Part shown: positions 51,560-63,104 of the stretch, in pieces
How the letters are laid out: every line of letters begins with the position of its first letter
Position numbering within the stretch: the first letter of the stretch is position 1
Assembly: GCF_006345805.1 (NCBI RefSeq)
Contig: NC_042998.1
Location: 992,001-1,056,000 of the forward strand
Length of the DNA: 64,000 bases
Source: Octopus sinensis
Taxonomy: Eukaryota
Direction: 5' to 3'
Position numbers and translations under genes: made by a program
Notes under the pieces: model-generated
What the model was told of the DNA's origin: nothing
The model's database searches: none
Seen by the model: the letters and a program-made list of their open reading frames with translations, nothing else

Positions 51560-51795
51560 GTATTTGAGCTGTGTTTCTTCCCATCACCGTTTGACAACCG
51601 GTGTTGGTTAGCTTACGTTTCAATAACTTAACAGTTCGGCAAAACTGCGCGATATAAGTTTCAAGCACCCCACCTCCACAAAAAAAGATAAAATAAATAA
51701 ATAAAAGAAGTAGTACGGTCAATTAATTCGGCTAAAACCTTCAAGGTGGCGCCCACAGCGGGGCTGTTGTCCAGTAAGTGAAACGAGTGAAAAAT
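51560..51795 (+). mobile_element. SINE group C 3' half
   Basis: ccgtttgacaaccggtgttgg...aacttaacagttcggcaaaa...ttcaaggtggcgccc. Confidence 0.7.
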
Positions 51796-52653
51796 AAAAG
51801 ATGAATATATATATGCACACACACACACCCCTTAAATACACATATGCATGCATGGCAGTTTTAACAAACACACACTTATGCACACAACACACACATATAT
51901 TTCAAGGTAAAATGTAAACAAACTTGTGTGTGTGTGTGCGGGAGTGTATGTATGTGTTCATGCGTATCTGTACAATTTACCTAAAGGACTATGTAAGCTT
52001 ATGTGTAAGTATATGCATATGAGAATATCTGTTGTATGCTAAAACTACCGTTTTCATTCGACTCTTCCAGAAAAAATAAAAAATAATAATAAAGCTGAGA
52101 GCACACGTATAGAAAGATTTAACTGTAATGTATCTTTCTTGATAAAGTCAATTCGGTTCGCTGTCTCTTTCAAAGTGTTGGCTTCGCATGGAATAAGAAG
52201 AAAACAAAATCATGCTAAGACAGAGCGAAAACCACAGAGTATTAAATAAATAATGCCTTAGTCGGACAGCCTCGCATTAAACAGATCCTTTCCCAGCGGC
52301 GTGCTTGTCAGCGGGTGCACAGTATGTTGAGTCTGATTTGTTAAGTGGCACAGCTGAGCTGTGTAATTAAAGGCTAAGTTTAGGACTCATTAACGCAGCA
52401 GCGGGGAGCTATTTAGCCATGCTAACGTCTTTACCGTTGTGTCATCATAGGTTTCTGCGCGCTCGTTGTGTGTGTTTGTATGTGTGCGAGAGTATAGATA
52501 AATAGATAGATAGGTGTACATACGCCTATATGCATATGTATGTATATATGTGTGTGTGTATTTATGTCTGATCGTTTTATATATATATATACATATGTGT
52601 GCGTATATATATATATATATGTATACATATATATATATATATAATATATATAT

Positions 52654-53240
52654 ATTATTTTTTTGTTTTTTTATTCGTCCCTTTTGCTGTCCTGGTGTCC
52701 GTATGCATTCGATCCTTCTTCCAGGAAATCTACGCTCCCAGCTTAGTTTTTCTAATGCTCGTTGCTTAGTTTTTCTTGGAGGGCTGGCCGTGATCTAGTA
52801 ATCTCAAGATTAATCAGCCGAAATTACTACGATGATCCGGTTCTTAACTGAGACTGAGGGTTTCGAATGTCCTGTCCGTGTTTATTGTATCGTCTTCTAA
52901 GAGTTATACGTTCTTGTCCATGTTGTATTTTTCTACATACCTTAACATATATTCCAGGCGCCACGTACCCTCTTAACATTAATGTGAGCACATATTCTTA
53001 ATAACTGGTACGACTCTTTGTTTGTCTCTCTCTCTCTCTCACTTTACTTGATCTGTCCCCTTCTCTCTCTACTCATCCTCTTTTTCTCTTCTCTTTCCTC
53101 TGATTCTTTGGTCTAATCTTCCACTACCTCCTAATTCTTTGTCTCGCTCTGCACTCACAGGTCAATCTTCGACACCCATCCCTTCTCCTCTCTGATTCCT
53201 TCTTTCTCTCTCTTCTCTCTCTTTGTTGCGTTTGTCCCTC

Positions 53241-53275
<35 letters not shown>

Positions 53276-53823
53276 TCCGTTGCTTCTCTTTCTTTTCTTT
53301 TCTCTCTTCTCTGTCACGTGACTGCTGGCCGAAATCTGCCTTTCAGCTTCTGACCAGCGTCGTGTTAACATCGTTGTTTTTCGTCCGCCGCTATAGGCAT
53401 CGCCGATAAGGCTCCTTTCCTTGCGCCAGAGAAAAAATTTGTTTGCTTGTTATCAGTCGTAAGACACTTGTTGTTGTTTTCACACCGTTAATGCTTCTGT
53501 ATTTCATGTTTCTGTATTCCATTATTTTTTTGTTTTTTATATTCGTCCCTTTTGCTGTCCTGGTGTCCGTATGCATTCGATCCTTCTTCCAGGAAATCTA
53601 CGCTCCCAGCTTAGTTTTTCTAATGCTCGTTGCTTAGTTTTTCTTGGAGGGCTGGCCGTGATCTAGTAATCTCAAGATTAATCAGCCGAAATTACTACGA
53701 TGATCCGGTTCTTGACTGAAGACTGAGGTTTCGAATGTCCTGTCCGTGTTTATTGTATCGTCTTCTAAGAGTTATACGTTCTTCTCGTCATGTTGTATTT
53801 TTCTACATACCTTAATATATATT
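52654..53823 (+). mobile_element. Non-coding partial-tandem element (~295 bp direct repeats, 867 bp period); Penelope-like/retrozyme-like
   Basis: 52654-52953 is repeated at 53521-53823; (TA)n on both sides; no ORF; hammerhead-like motifs. Confidence 0.55.
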
Positions 53824-53856
53824 ATATATATAATACATATATATATAATATACATA

Positions 53857-53894
<38 letters not shown>

Positions 53895-54099
53895 CTATAT
53901 TATATACAGATATATATATATATATATATACATTATATATATATATACATATATATATAGTATATATACATATATATATATATATATACATATATATAAT
54001 AATATATATATATATATATATATCTATATATACATGTATATATATATCATATATATATATATATATACATATATTATATATATATATATATATTATATA

Positions 54100-54151
<52 letters not shown>

Positions 54152-54232
54152 CCTTAAATCCTTAAATCCTTAAAAATGTTTTAGCCCGAAGGCCGCGGCC
54201 ATGCTGGGGCAACCACCGCTGAATGAGCTACA

Positions 54233-57230
54233 CTAGTTTGTGAATCCACCTCTGATACGTGGCACTTGATCAACAAGGGAGTTCGATGCTGCTGCCCGCA
54301 TCCGTGTCTCCTGTCGTGAGGTAGGTTCATCTGGGACTCCCAACAAGAAGAGATCCAGTTTAGTTTTAAAGAAACCCACATCCACACCATGTAAGTCTCT
54401 CGGCATTTAGGGAGGATGTTAAAGAGCTGTGGTCCTCTGAAACCCAAGCTGTTGCAGTATCTGGACCTGTATTTTGATGGTGCTGTTGGAATCCTTGGCA
54501 CCACGCAGCGGCGCCCCGTTCTGCGGTTGGAGTAACTTTGAATGCCAAAGTTTGGGACAAGACCCTCCAAGATTTTCCAGATGTATATCACTGCATATCT
54601 CTCCCGCCTCCGCTCCAGGGAGAAGAGGTTTAATACCTTCAGTCTTTCCAGTAGCTGACATTTTGCATTGAGACGATTTTCTTTGTGTAGCTTCTCTGAG
54701 TTGCTTCGAGTTCTGCTGTTTGTTTTATATTGTGTGGTGACCAAAGTTGGGAGCAGTAGTCCAAGCGGCTGAGGACAAATGTTTTCCATAGGACCATCAG
54801 TGTCTCCTTCTCTCTTGTTCTGAAAGTTCGGAGAATCCATCCAGCTAGCCGTCTGCATTTTATCACCAGATTAGCAATATGCATTTGGAAAGATGCATCA
54901 TTGCTCATGTCAATGCCCAGGTCACGCACTGATTTTGACTCAGGGATTGCAATTCTTCCTGGGCCAGTGTATCCAGTCTTCACGTCATTTACCTTTGTGT
55001 GCCAGTAGCGCAGGGCCTGGAACTTACCTGCATTAAACTGCATGTTGTTGTCCTCAGCCCACCTGTATATTGTGTCCAGCTCATGTTGCAGATGCGCAAT
55101 ATTTTCAGGGTTTTGTATTGCGTGGGAGACTTTGTGTCATCTGCATAGCTAGCAAGGGTGGTCATCGTAGCAACTGAAGGCATGTCTGAAAGGGCCACTA
55201 TGAACATCAGTGGCCCCAAGACAGTGCCCTGTGGGACACCGCTTGTTATTTGCGTTTTCCTGGAGGTGGCTCCATTGCTCACAACTGCCTGTTTTCTGTC
55301 TTTTAGGAAGTTGTGCAGCCACTCTCCAAGTTTCCCGCCTATGCCGAGACCACGCAGTTTGTGACAGATCATACCATGGTCGACTTTATCAAGGCTTTTG
55401 CAAAGTCAAGATATATTACATCCACATTTGAGCCATTTAGTAGCTGTTTCAACACCCAGTCATAGTGTTGCAGGAGCTGTGTTAGGCAGCCTCTACCTGG
55501 TCGAAATCCATGCTGGTGTCAGACAGTAAGTCATTTTCTTCAAGGAACATGATTAGTTTCTTACGGACTATTCGTTCCATGACTTGCTGATGTGTGAGGT
55601 CAGAGAGATAGGCCTATAATTTTTAGCATCTGCTCTGCTACCTCCCTTGGATAGGGCATATTACCCCCTCTTTCAGTTTGACTGGGAGCTTACCACTTGC
55701 AAGAAAGCTCTGAAAAAGAAGCTGTAGCGGTTTTGCAAGGGCTCGTTTGCACGATTTGAGAAGGATCGCTGGGAATCCATCAGGTCCAGCAGCTGAGTTT
55801 GTGTCAATCTCATCAATGGCTAGTGTGATATCATCTTCTTCGATGTTGATGTACTCAATTTTTGTCTCTTGGTCGCTGGTAAAGTGGCAAAGAATTCTTC
55901 TGGGTTGTTTACTTGCCTGTGTCCTAGAGGTGTAGTGAACACACTTTGGAACTGTTCATTCAGTATTTCACTTATCCTCGTGGGATTTCCTGTGAGAGAG
56001 CCATCTTTTTGGAAGAGAGGTCCTATTCTCTGGTGCACTGTGGCTGTCTCTTTGGCAAACTTAAAGAAAGCTTTAGGGTTTGATTTTATATTTTCTATTA
56101 CCCAAGCTTCTTTATCTGCTCTCTCCTTTTCATGGGACTGATGTAGACTTTTCTCAGTTCCATTAGCATTCTTTCGAGCCGAGACTTCTCACCACTTTTG
56201 GTGTGCTTGCTCAGGCGGTTTGCAATCCTTGTCCGTCGTCTCATAAGAATCCTCCTTTCTCTAGGGATCCTGTTTTTGTTCTTGTGTGTGCTGGCCCTGC
56301 ACATTGGGACTATTTGTCACATATGGCTTGTATTATGGACATGAAGTGTTTGTGTTTCATGTTTATGTCCGTGTGGAGAGACATTCAGGCCAATCCTGTT
56401 TGAGGATCTCTTTCTCAATCGACTTCCAGTTGGCTTTATGAAAGTTTAAGTTGGAGAGATGGTGGGTGCTTCGTATAGGCTGTGTGTCTGCGGGGGCTTT
56501 TGTTCCATACATAGACAGCTCTATTATGTTGTGATCCGAGATCATTGTCGGCATCACATTAACATTATGGATAATATCCATATTGTTTGTAAAGCAGAGA
56601 TCCAGTATATTATCTGCTCTTGTTGGTTGCAGAACTATTTGCTCCATGAAAGAGGTATTTGTGAGATGGAGCAGGGACTCCACCTGTGCCTGCTGATGGT
56701 GTGTCATCCCTGGGAGCATCTGCCCCCCAGGCCATTCCACATTGGGGAGGTTAAAGTCACCCATGAAGAATACACTGTTGTGCTGTTCAAGGTTGGTGAG
56801 GACTTCTCCTATTTTTGTTAGGCAGTCTTCAAACATGCCTGAGTGTTTTGGGGCGTCTGGTGGGCGATATGTAGTGCATATGACGATATTCAGTTGTCTT
56901 ATGTGTACAATTTGAGTTTCACATACTGAGTTTGAATATGACAGCAGGACCTGGGGCGTGAGGTCATCTCGGATGTACATTGCAACTCCACCATGGCTCC
57001 TCCCTTTCTATCTGTGCGTATGACTGCATATTGCGGCATGTGTATTTCTGCATCACCTATATCGGTTCAAGATGCGTTTCTGTGAGTGCCATGCATATAG
57101 CTTGATTGCATGTCACAAGGTCTCTCAGGAATGAAATTTTCTTTTTACAGTTTCCGCGCAGCAGCCCTCCTACATTCAGTAGAAATATTTTTGTGGTGTG
57201 TGTGTTGGTGTTGGTGTCTGTGGTGGCCAT
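54233..57230 (-). pseudogene. LINE ORF2 (AP endonuclease + reverse transcriptase), frameshifted in this assembly
   Basis: LLNVGGL, LTETHL, TYRPP, MGDFNLP, NILDLCF, SDHN (APE); VPQGTVLGPLMF, SYADDTK, MQFNAGKF, RLDYCSQLWSP (RT); stop codon at 54233-54235. Confidence 0.92.
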
Positions 57231-58018
57231 CCTGCATCTGTTGGAGGTGGCCTTATGTGGTGGTAGTTCCAGCTTTGTGCTTGTAGCCAGGTCAGCTGCT
57301 GAACAATTTTTTGTGCCATGCACAAAAAAGACTGCTGTTCAGCTGCCGCCCTTCTCACATCTGGGTGAAGCTGGCCACCTGTTGGGTTTCCGCGCACCAC
57401 ATCTGCATACCGTCTTTCAGTAGTGGTCAGTACGCGCTTTTTTCCTTCTTTTAACTTTTTGTTTTTGTTCTCCCTGAGGGAGGGACCTCTGTCTCGCGTC
57501 CGTGCGGTTTTGGTAGGGCCTCCGATGTGCAAAGCGACAGTTTGCACCTTCAACGCCGTACCAGCAGTCCCCCCTCAGGTAGAATTTGCAGGTGTTTCTT
57601 TCCCTGCCCTTACAGTTTTTGCTGGGGTCCCTCTGCTTTCTCTGGACAGGGCTTCCTTTAGCCTTGATTCTGTCACCCTTTACCTCCTGCTCCCATCAAT
57701 TCCAGGGTGCCTTTCCTTTCTTGCGGCCATCGCACCTCTTTGGTCTTCAGTTGTGGTGTTGGAAGCTGGACATGTGTCATCGTTTCCCTTGTTCCAGGTT
57801 CTCCATTTGGCTCTGGATGCTTTCCTCATCCTTTTGGCCCTCCCTGCTGCCGTCACCCACCTCCAGGATAATGTCCAGGGTGTCCATATGTTGCCTGATT
57901 AGAGCGTACGAACGGATAACTTCTCTCTTCTTTCTTCGCTCTATCTGGGCGGTGGTTCTCGAAATTGTTGCTTTTCAGCGCCGCAGCAATAATGTCGTTC
58001 GGCGAGTCGTCCTCAGCG

Positions 58019-58020
<2 letters not shown>
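57176..58020 (-). pseudogene. LINE ORF1 remnant with a CCCH zinc finger
   Basis: In-frame [22 protein letters not shown] at 57590-57525 (C-x7-C-x8-C-x3-H); RYADVVRG motif; start codon not visible. Confidence 0.75.
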
Positions 58021-58106
<86 letters not shown>

Positions 58107-58635
58107 TATATATATATATACTATATATATATATATATATACATACATATATATATATATATATATACATACATATTATATATATTATATATATATATAT
58201 ATAATATATACATCATATATATATGTATACATATATCTATTTTTAATATATATATATATATGTATAGATATTTGTATATATAATATATGTATATATATTT
58301 GTTATATATATATATGTATAATATGTTATGTATATATATATGTTATATATTGTATATATATATATATGTATATATATTTGTATGTATTCTATATGTAATA
58401 TATTTTGTATATATTATATATTGTATATATATTTTATATATATATATATGTAATATATATATGTGTATATATATATTGTATAAATATATATATGTGCATA
58501 TATATATATATGTATATATATATGTATATATATATATGTGCATATATATATATGTATATATATATGTATATATTATGTGTATATATATGTATATTATATC
58601 TATATGTATATATATATGTGTATATATAATATATG

Positions 58636-58670
<35 letters not shown>

Positions 58671-59200
58671 ATGTGTATTATATATATATATATAATATAT
58701 GTATATATGTATGTATATATATATGTAATATATATATATGTATATTATATATATGTATATATATATGTATATATATGTGTATATATATGTATATATATAT
58801 ATATATATATATTATGTATATATATATGTGTATATATGTATGTATATATATATATATGTATATATATATGTATATTATATGTGTAATATATATTATGTAT
58901 ATATATATATATGTATATATTGTATATATATATGTGTATATATATGTATATATATATATATGTATATATAATGTGTATATATATGTATATATATATATAT
59001 GTATATATATGTGTTATATATGTATATTATATATATGTATATATATATATGTATATATATATATGTTATATATGTATATATATATGTATTTGTATGTAAT
59101 ATATATATATGTATATATATATATGTATATATATGTATTATATATATTTTGTATATATATCTATATTTTTGTGTATATATATATATATATATATAATAGG
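58021..59200. repeat. ~1.2 kb imperfect (TA)n/(TATG)n tract
   Basis: Direct reading. Confidence 0.95.
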
Positions 59201-59515
59201 TGTACATGCACACACAGGCTCACACGCATGCATACACCAACACAGTTTAAAACGTAGTTGTAAACTACCAACCACTAATCGTTATAGCTATGTGCTTCAG
59301 AAAACAGATTGATAACTTGTCTATTGATTTCTATATATTTTAACAGTGACTCCTATTTCCTACTCTATAAATATATCAGTTAAACCGTCTCCTCTGTTAT
59401 TCTCTATTAAAGCCGGAGTGCTGCTGCTACAGCCGTTGTTTTTGTTGATTTTGGTGGCCGTGGTGGTAGCAGTGGTAATGTTGTGTTGATGGTGTTTTTA
59501 CTGCTGCTACCGTTG

Positions 59516-59870
59516 CTGTTGAGCGTAGCGGTCTTCGTCCCAGTGGGAGAAGTCCGAAACGCGGTCCTTTGCTATTCGTAAGACCCGCAGAAGAGAAAGC
59601 AGGTCAACCTCCGACACCGAGAGCATCGACGGATGGATGAATGCGCATCCAGGCACAGCGGTTGCGTAGGAAGTCGAGGACGATAAACAGGAAGAAAGAG
59701 TGAGAGAAAGTTGGGGCGAAAAAGTACAACAGGGGTCGCCACCATCCCCTGCCGGAACCTCGTGGAACTTTAGGTGTTTTCGCTCAATAAACACACAGAA
59801 CGCCCGGTCTGGGAATCGAAACCGCGATCCTCCGACCGTGAGTCCGCTGCCTTAACCATTGGGCCTCCAC
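59516..59870 (-). mobile_element. SINE group A head with a GC-rich tail T4, 15 bp TSD
   Basis: TSD ctgctgctaccgttg at 59501-59515 and 59883-59897; head as in the other A copies. Confidence 0.85.
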
Positions 59871-60037
59871 TTGCTGCTGCTGCTGCTGCTACCGTTGATT
59901 TTGGTGGCCGTGGTGGCAGCAGTGGTAATGTTGCTGGTGATGGTGTTTTTACTGCTGCTGCTTAGAATCGAGCAGCGTCGCATACCACTGTCATCGTCGT
60001 TGTCCTTTAGTTAACCGGTCAGCTCTATGATTTATAA

Positions 60038-60207
60038 CAAGCATGGGCAACCTTCTTCGAAAAGCAGGCGGTATGAGACATAACTCACAATCAGGCGAGC
60101 CGCATTGCTAAACAAATTAAAAGTTATTTCAATAAATGTCCATTTTCTTCGGGGAATTAGGCATTCCGTTCCAGAAAGTCCCGCTGGCACCAGTTTGCCC
60201 ACGGCTG
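60038..60207. mobile_element. hAT MITE
   Basis: TIRs caagcatgggcaac / gtttgcccacggctg; 8 bp flanks atttataa / atctataa. Confidence 0.78.
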
Positions 60208-60779
60208 ATCTATAATCTAAGTCGTCCCAGTTATGGACATTTCGGTATTTTTCCGACATTATGCATCAAGGATTGCATTGCTTAATATTTTTGAGTTATC
60301 TCTTCCGATGTTCTATAGAATTCAGAGCCAGCGCTGAACGTTACGAGCTTTCGTATACGAATAACTAGATGTGAACAATGCGATGGAGGATTAAAATTTT
60401 TAAAAAAAAAGGTAATAAGGCATATTTGCATATTACATCCAACACATCAACTATCGACGAACGCATTGCTTAAATATTCACTAACTCTAGCGGTGCAACA
60501 TTATTGGGTAGACCAATTTGCACATTAAACACATTCCTGGCAACTAGTACGTAAATATTAATGGCTCGCATTTAATATGGTTGCAAATCAAATTCCTACG
60601 TCCTTGCTAGAAATTAATAATTATTTAACATGTGCTGCCGTTTCCCAGATAGTTATATTTAACTTTGGTGAGATTCGGTTGTGATTTCTAGAAAGTCGAG
60701 CGAACAAATAGAGGTAATCAATAGATAAGCTATCAGTCGCAGGGACTAAAGTCCGTACTCCAGTACAACATTGTTTCTA

Positions 60780-60979
60780 CGAGAGGGTACTGAAGGGTGT
60801 CACGAAAGGTCTGATTTGAGGCCCAACCTTCCGAGTTCTTTTACAGGGCTTAGAAAAACAGAAGGGCTGCTGTAACAAGTGCGTGAATCTGAGAGGGGAA
60901 TAAGTTGAATAAAATCATAATTAACTGATCCTCCTGAATTTTCTTTTACTCAAAGCCAGAAACTTTTCAGCACCCCTCG
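60780..60979 (+). mobile_element. Internally deleted mariner (MITE-like)
   Basis: TA|cgagagggtactgaa ... ttcagcacccctcg|TA; same transposase C-terminal remnant as 30095-30314. Confidence 0.88.
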
Positions 60980-61249
60980 TATAATGTAAAACGCTTGATT
61001 TACCGATACCAAAAAATTATCTGACAACATTAAGAAAAAAAATTGGTTACTCATCTGTGAGGGTAAGAAGAAAGTACACAACATTTTGAACCAAGGTATT
61101 TTATTCAACTCTATCTTGATAGAGAAGAGATGAATTTAGAAAAAGCGAGCTCCATCTAAGCTGCTAACAATGTCTGCAAATATATGAATATTAACATAAT
61201 TCTTTTACTCGCCCTTAAAATATAGATTGGTAATGGATACAAGGTAGAG

Positions 61250-61500
61250 GTGCATGACTTAGTGGTTTGATAGTTACACTTATGATCGTAAAATTGTAGT
61301 TTCGTTTCCTGGATAGAATGATCTGTTGTGTTCTAGACCAAAACACTTTATTTTATGTTGTTTCAGTCTGCTCAGCTGGCAAAAATAGGTAATCCTGCGA
61401 CGGCCAGGCGTCTCGTCAAGTGGGGAATATATACGCTGCAGAATCCGAGAACATCGGCTTTATAAGCCTATGATTCGGAAAGGACCTTTGATCCTTTTGA
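61250..61500 (+). mobile_element. Degenerate CORE-like SINE with F-related tail
   Basis: gaggtgcatgacttagtggtt head; ctgctcagctggcaaaaataggtaatcctgcgacggccaggcgtc. Confidence 0.65.
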
Positions 61501-61529
61501 ATAGATACTAGAAGTAAGTAGTAGGAATG

Positions 61530-61900
61530 TGGTTTCTAGTAGAGGAGAGTGCAGGATGGGAGAGTTACTGTCAAGGGTGATAGGGGTTGGTCAAGATATT
61601 TAGAGAGGAGTTCGGTGGAGCAGTTGCGAAGAGAAACCGTGGATTGAGTGGAATGTTAGGGGAGAAGTAGATAGTGGTAAATGTTAGCCGAAGGCAGCAG
61701 ATGAGTTGGAGTATTGTAGGAGAGACAAGTTATCGGTTTCTGTAGATACGGCAGCTTGATAAATTACAGAACAAGAGGCTTCTGAGTTACTTGGTAGTTC
61801 AACCGTATGGAAGTCGGACAGCCACGCCATACCACACCGCATCACAACTGTGTCAACGTTGTCAAATGGTTTTACAAGTGGCAAGCGCCAGGAACAGTGC
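61530..61900 (-). pseudogene. Degenerate Penelope-like reverse transcriptase fragment
   Basis: VKPFDNVDTVVM ~ IKPADKGGAVVV; TIYFSPNI ~ IYFLPKI; CSTELLSKYLDQPLSPL..TLPS ~ CPTELISxYLD...PL..LPSY, in the expected order. Confidence 0.65.
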
Positions 61901-62749
61901 AAAGCCAGACTAAATACCTTGTGTTATATAGTTGCGGCCCTTTATGCTCTGAGTTTAAGCCCTTCTGAGGTTTCGTTTGGGGGTGAATCCCCTTGAAAAT
62001 GTTTATAAGTTTGTCCTGCGTTAAAATTCTTGTAATATTCAAAATTTCAAAATTGTTATAATAGAAGTGGTTAGGACAGTCATGTACTGGGGGTTAATAT
62101 TCTTGTATTTAAACACTTAGTTGTATCCCATTATATCCTGAGTTCAAATTCCGTCAAGATGACCTTTACAGGTTATCCGTGGGAGAGTGTGTCTATAAAA
62201 TAATTTCTACAGATCTCGCCAACAAATCCGCGATCTTTTGACGAAGTAAGATACCCATATTTTGAGAGCGACAGGGGTGTGCAAGAAACGATTAACCTTT
62301 AATGCCGCGCATTCTGATTTGAAATCTTGCTAACATCGGCTTTACCCAAGACCTAAAATTTGGTGAGTTGGAACCAATGTAAGAAACCAATATTATTTCT
62401 GTGTTAGTGGCATAAAGCAAGAAAGGCAAGTCGAATACTCTTCAGTTCTTATCGAAAGGTTAATTTATTCCATTTAAGCTGCTAACAATGTCTTTACAGG
62501 AAGTATGGAAGTTACAACAATTCTCTTATTCATTCTTAGAATATAGATTCATGTGTTTAGTTAAAAGAAAATAAATCCTGAGTTGATGTAAGCGTTAAAG
62601 TACATTCTCATAAATTAAATTCCAGTCGTTGGTAAAAGAATCAACTGGTATTTTTATAAGTCTTTTCCCAGTAAACTTCGACCAAATCAAAGCAATACTT
62701 AAAAACTATTTTTCTTTCAAGAACATTATGATAGGAAGTAAGATTCCAA

Positions 62750-63078
62750 TGAGTTGAGAACAGAGTCTAGCTTTGATTCTCAGTCGATGCCAGTTCACAA
62801 CAGTCTCATCACAATTTCCCTTAGGGAAAGAATGAACATCATAATATCCCATTTCTTGCTTCCGTTATGTTATAGGATTTGGGGATATACCTGCCCAAAT
62901 TTCTCCAAGGGATTCCAAATAAGCCACCAATGCCAGGATACATCTCAACCAACAACGACTCCCTATTTGAATGGGCCATGATACCACAAAACTTGACTTA
63001 AAAATGATTTAACAGGTCATATCGGGTGGTGCTATTAAATTAGACATGGATTGGGCCAATCAGTGGCCGAAACATATC
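62750..63078 (+). mobile_element. Old CR1-like LINE 3' end (family 3-like)
   Basis: caaatttctccaagggattccaaataagcc...tgggccatgatacc...ggtggtgctattaaattagacatgg...ggccgaaacatatct is homologous to the reverse complement of 50375-50580. Confidence 0.8.
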
Positions 63079-63104
63079 TACGTTCTCTAAAATATTAATA
63101 ATCC

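Larger units (their letters stand above)
54151..58020 (-). mobile_element. Near-full-length CR1-like LINE (family 2), ~3.9 kb, embedded in (TA)n
   Basis: ORF1 remnant, APE and RT domains, short 3' UTR, (TTTAAGGA)n tail at 54151-54175. Confidence 0.95.

Noticed and set aside
32282-59257. Many 60-240 aa ORFs rich in Y/I/C/V/M or H/T
   Set aside because: Translations of (TA)n, (TG)n and (CA)n microsatellites.
59507-59794. 95 aa ORF, and similar ORFs at 970, 3524, 12426 and 29640
   Set aside because: Incidental frames through SINE sequence.
59444-59963. Apparent ~70 bp target-site duplication around a SINE
   Set aside because: Better explained as a pre-existing two-unit tandem repeat with the SINE inserted at the junction and an ordinary 15 bp TSD.
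61150-62550. Diverged ~85 bp repeat pair (61150-61230, 62468-62550)
   Set aside because: Homology looks real, but it is short and old with no structure; probably fragments of an unclassified repeat.
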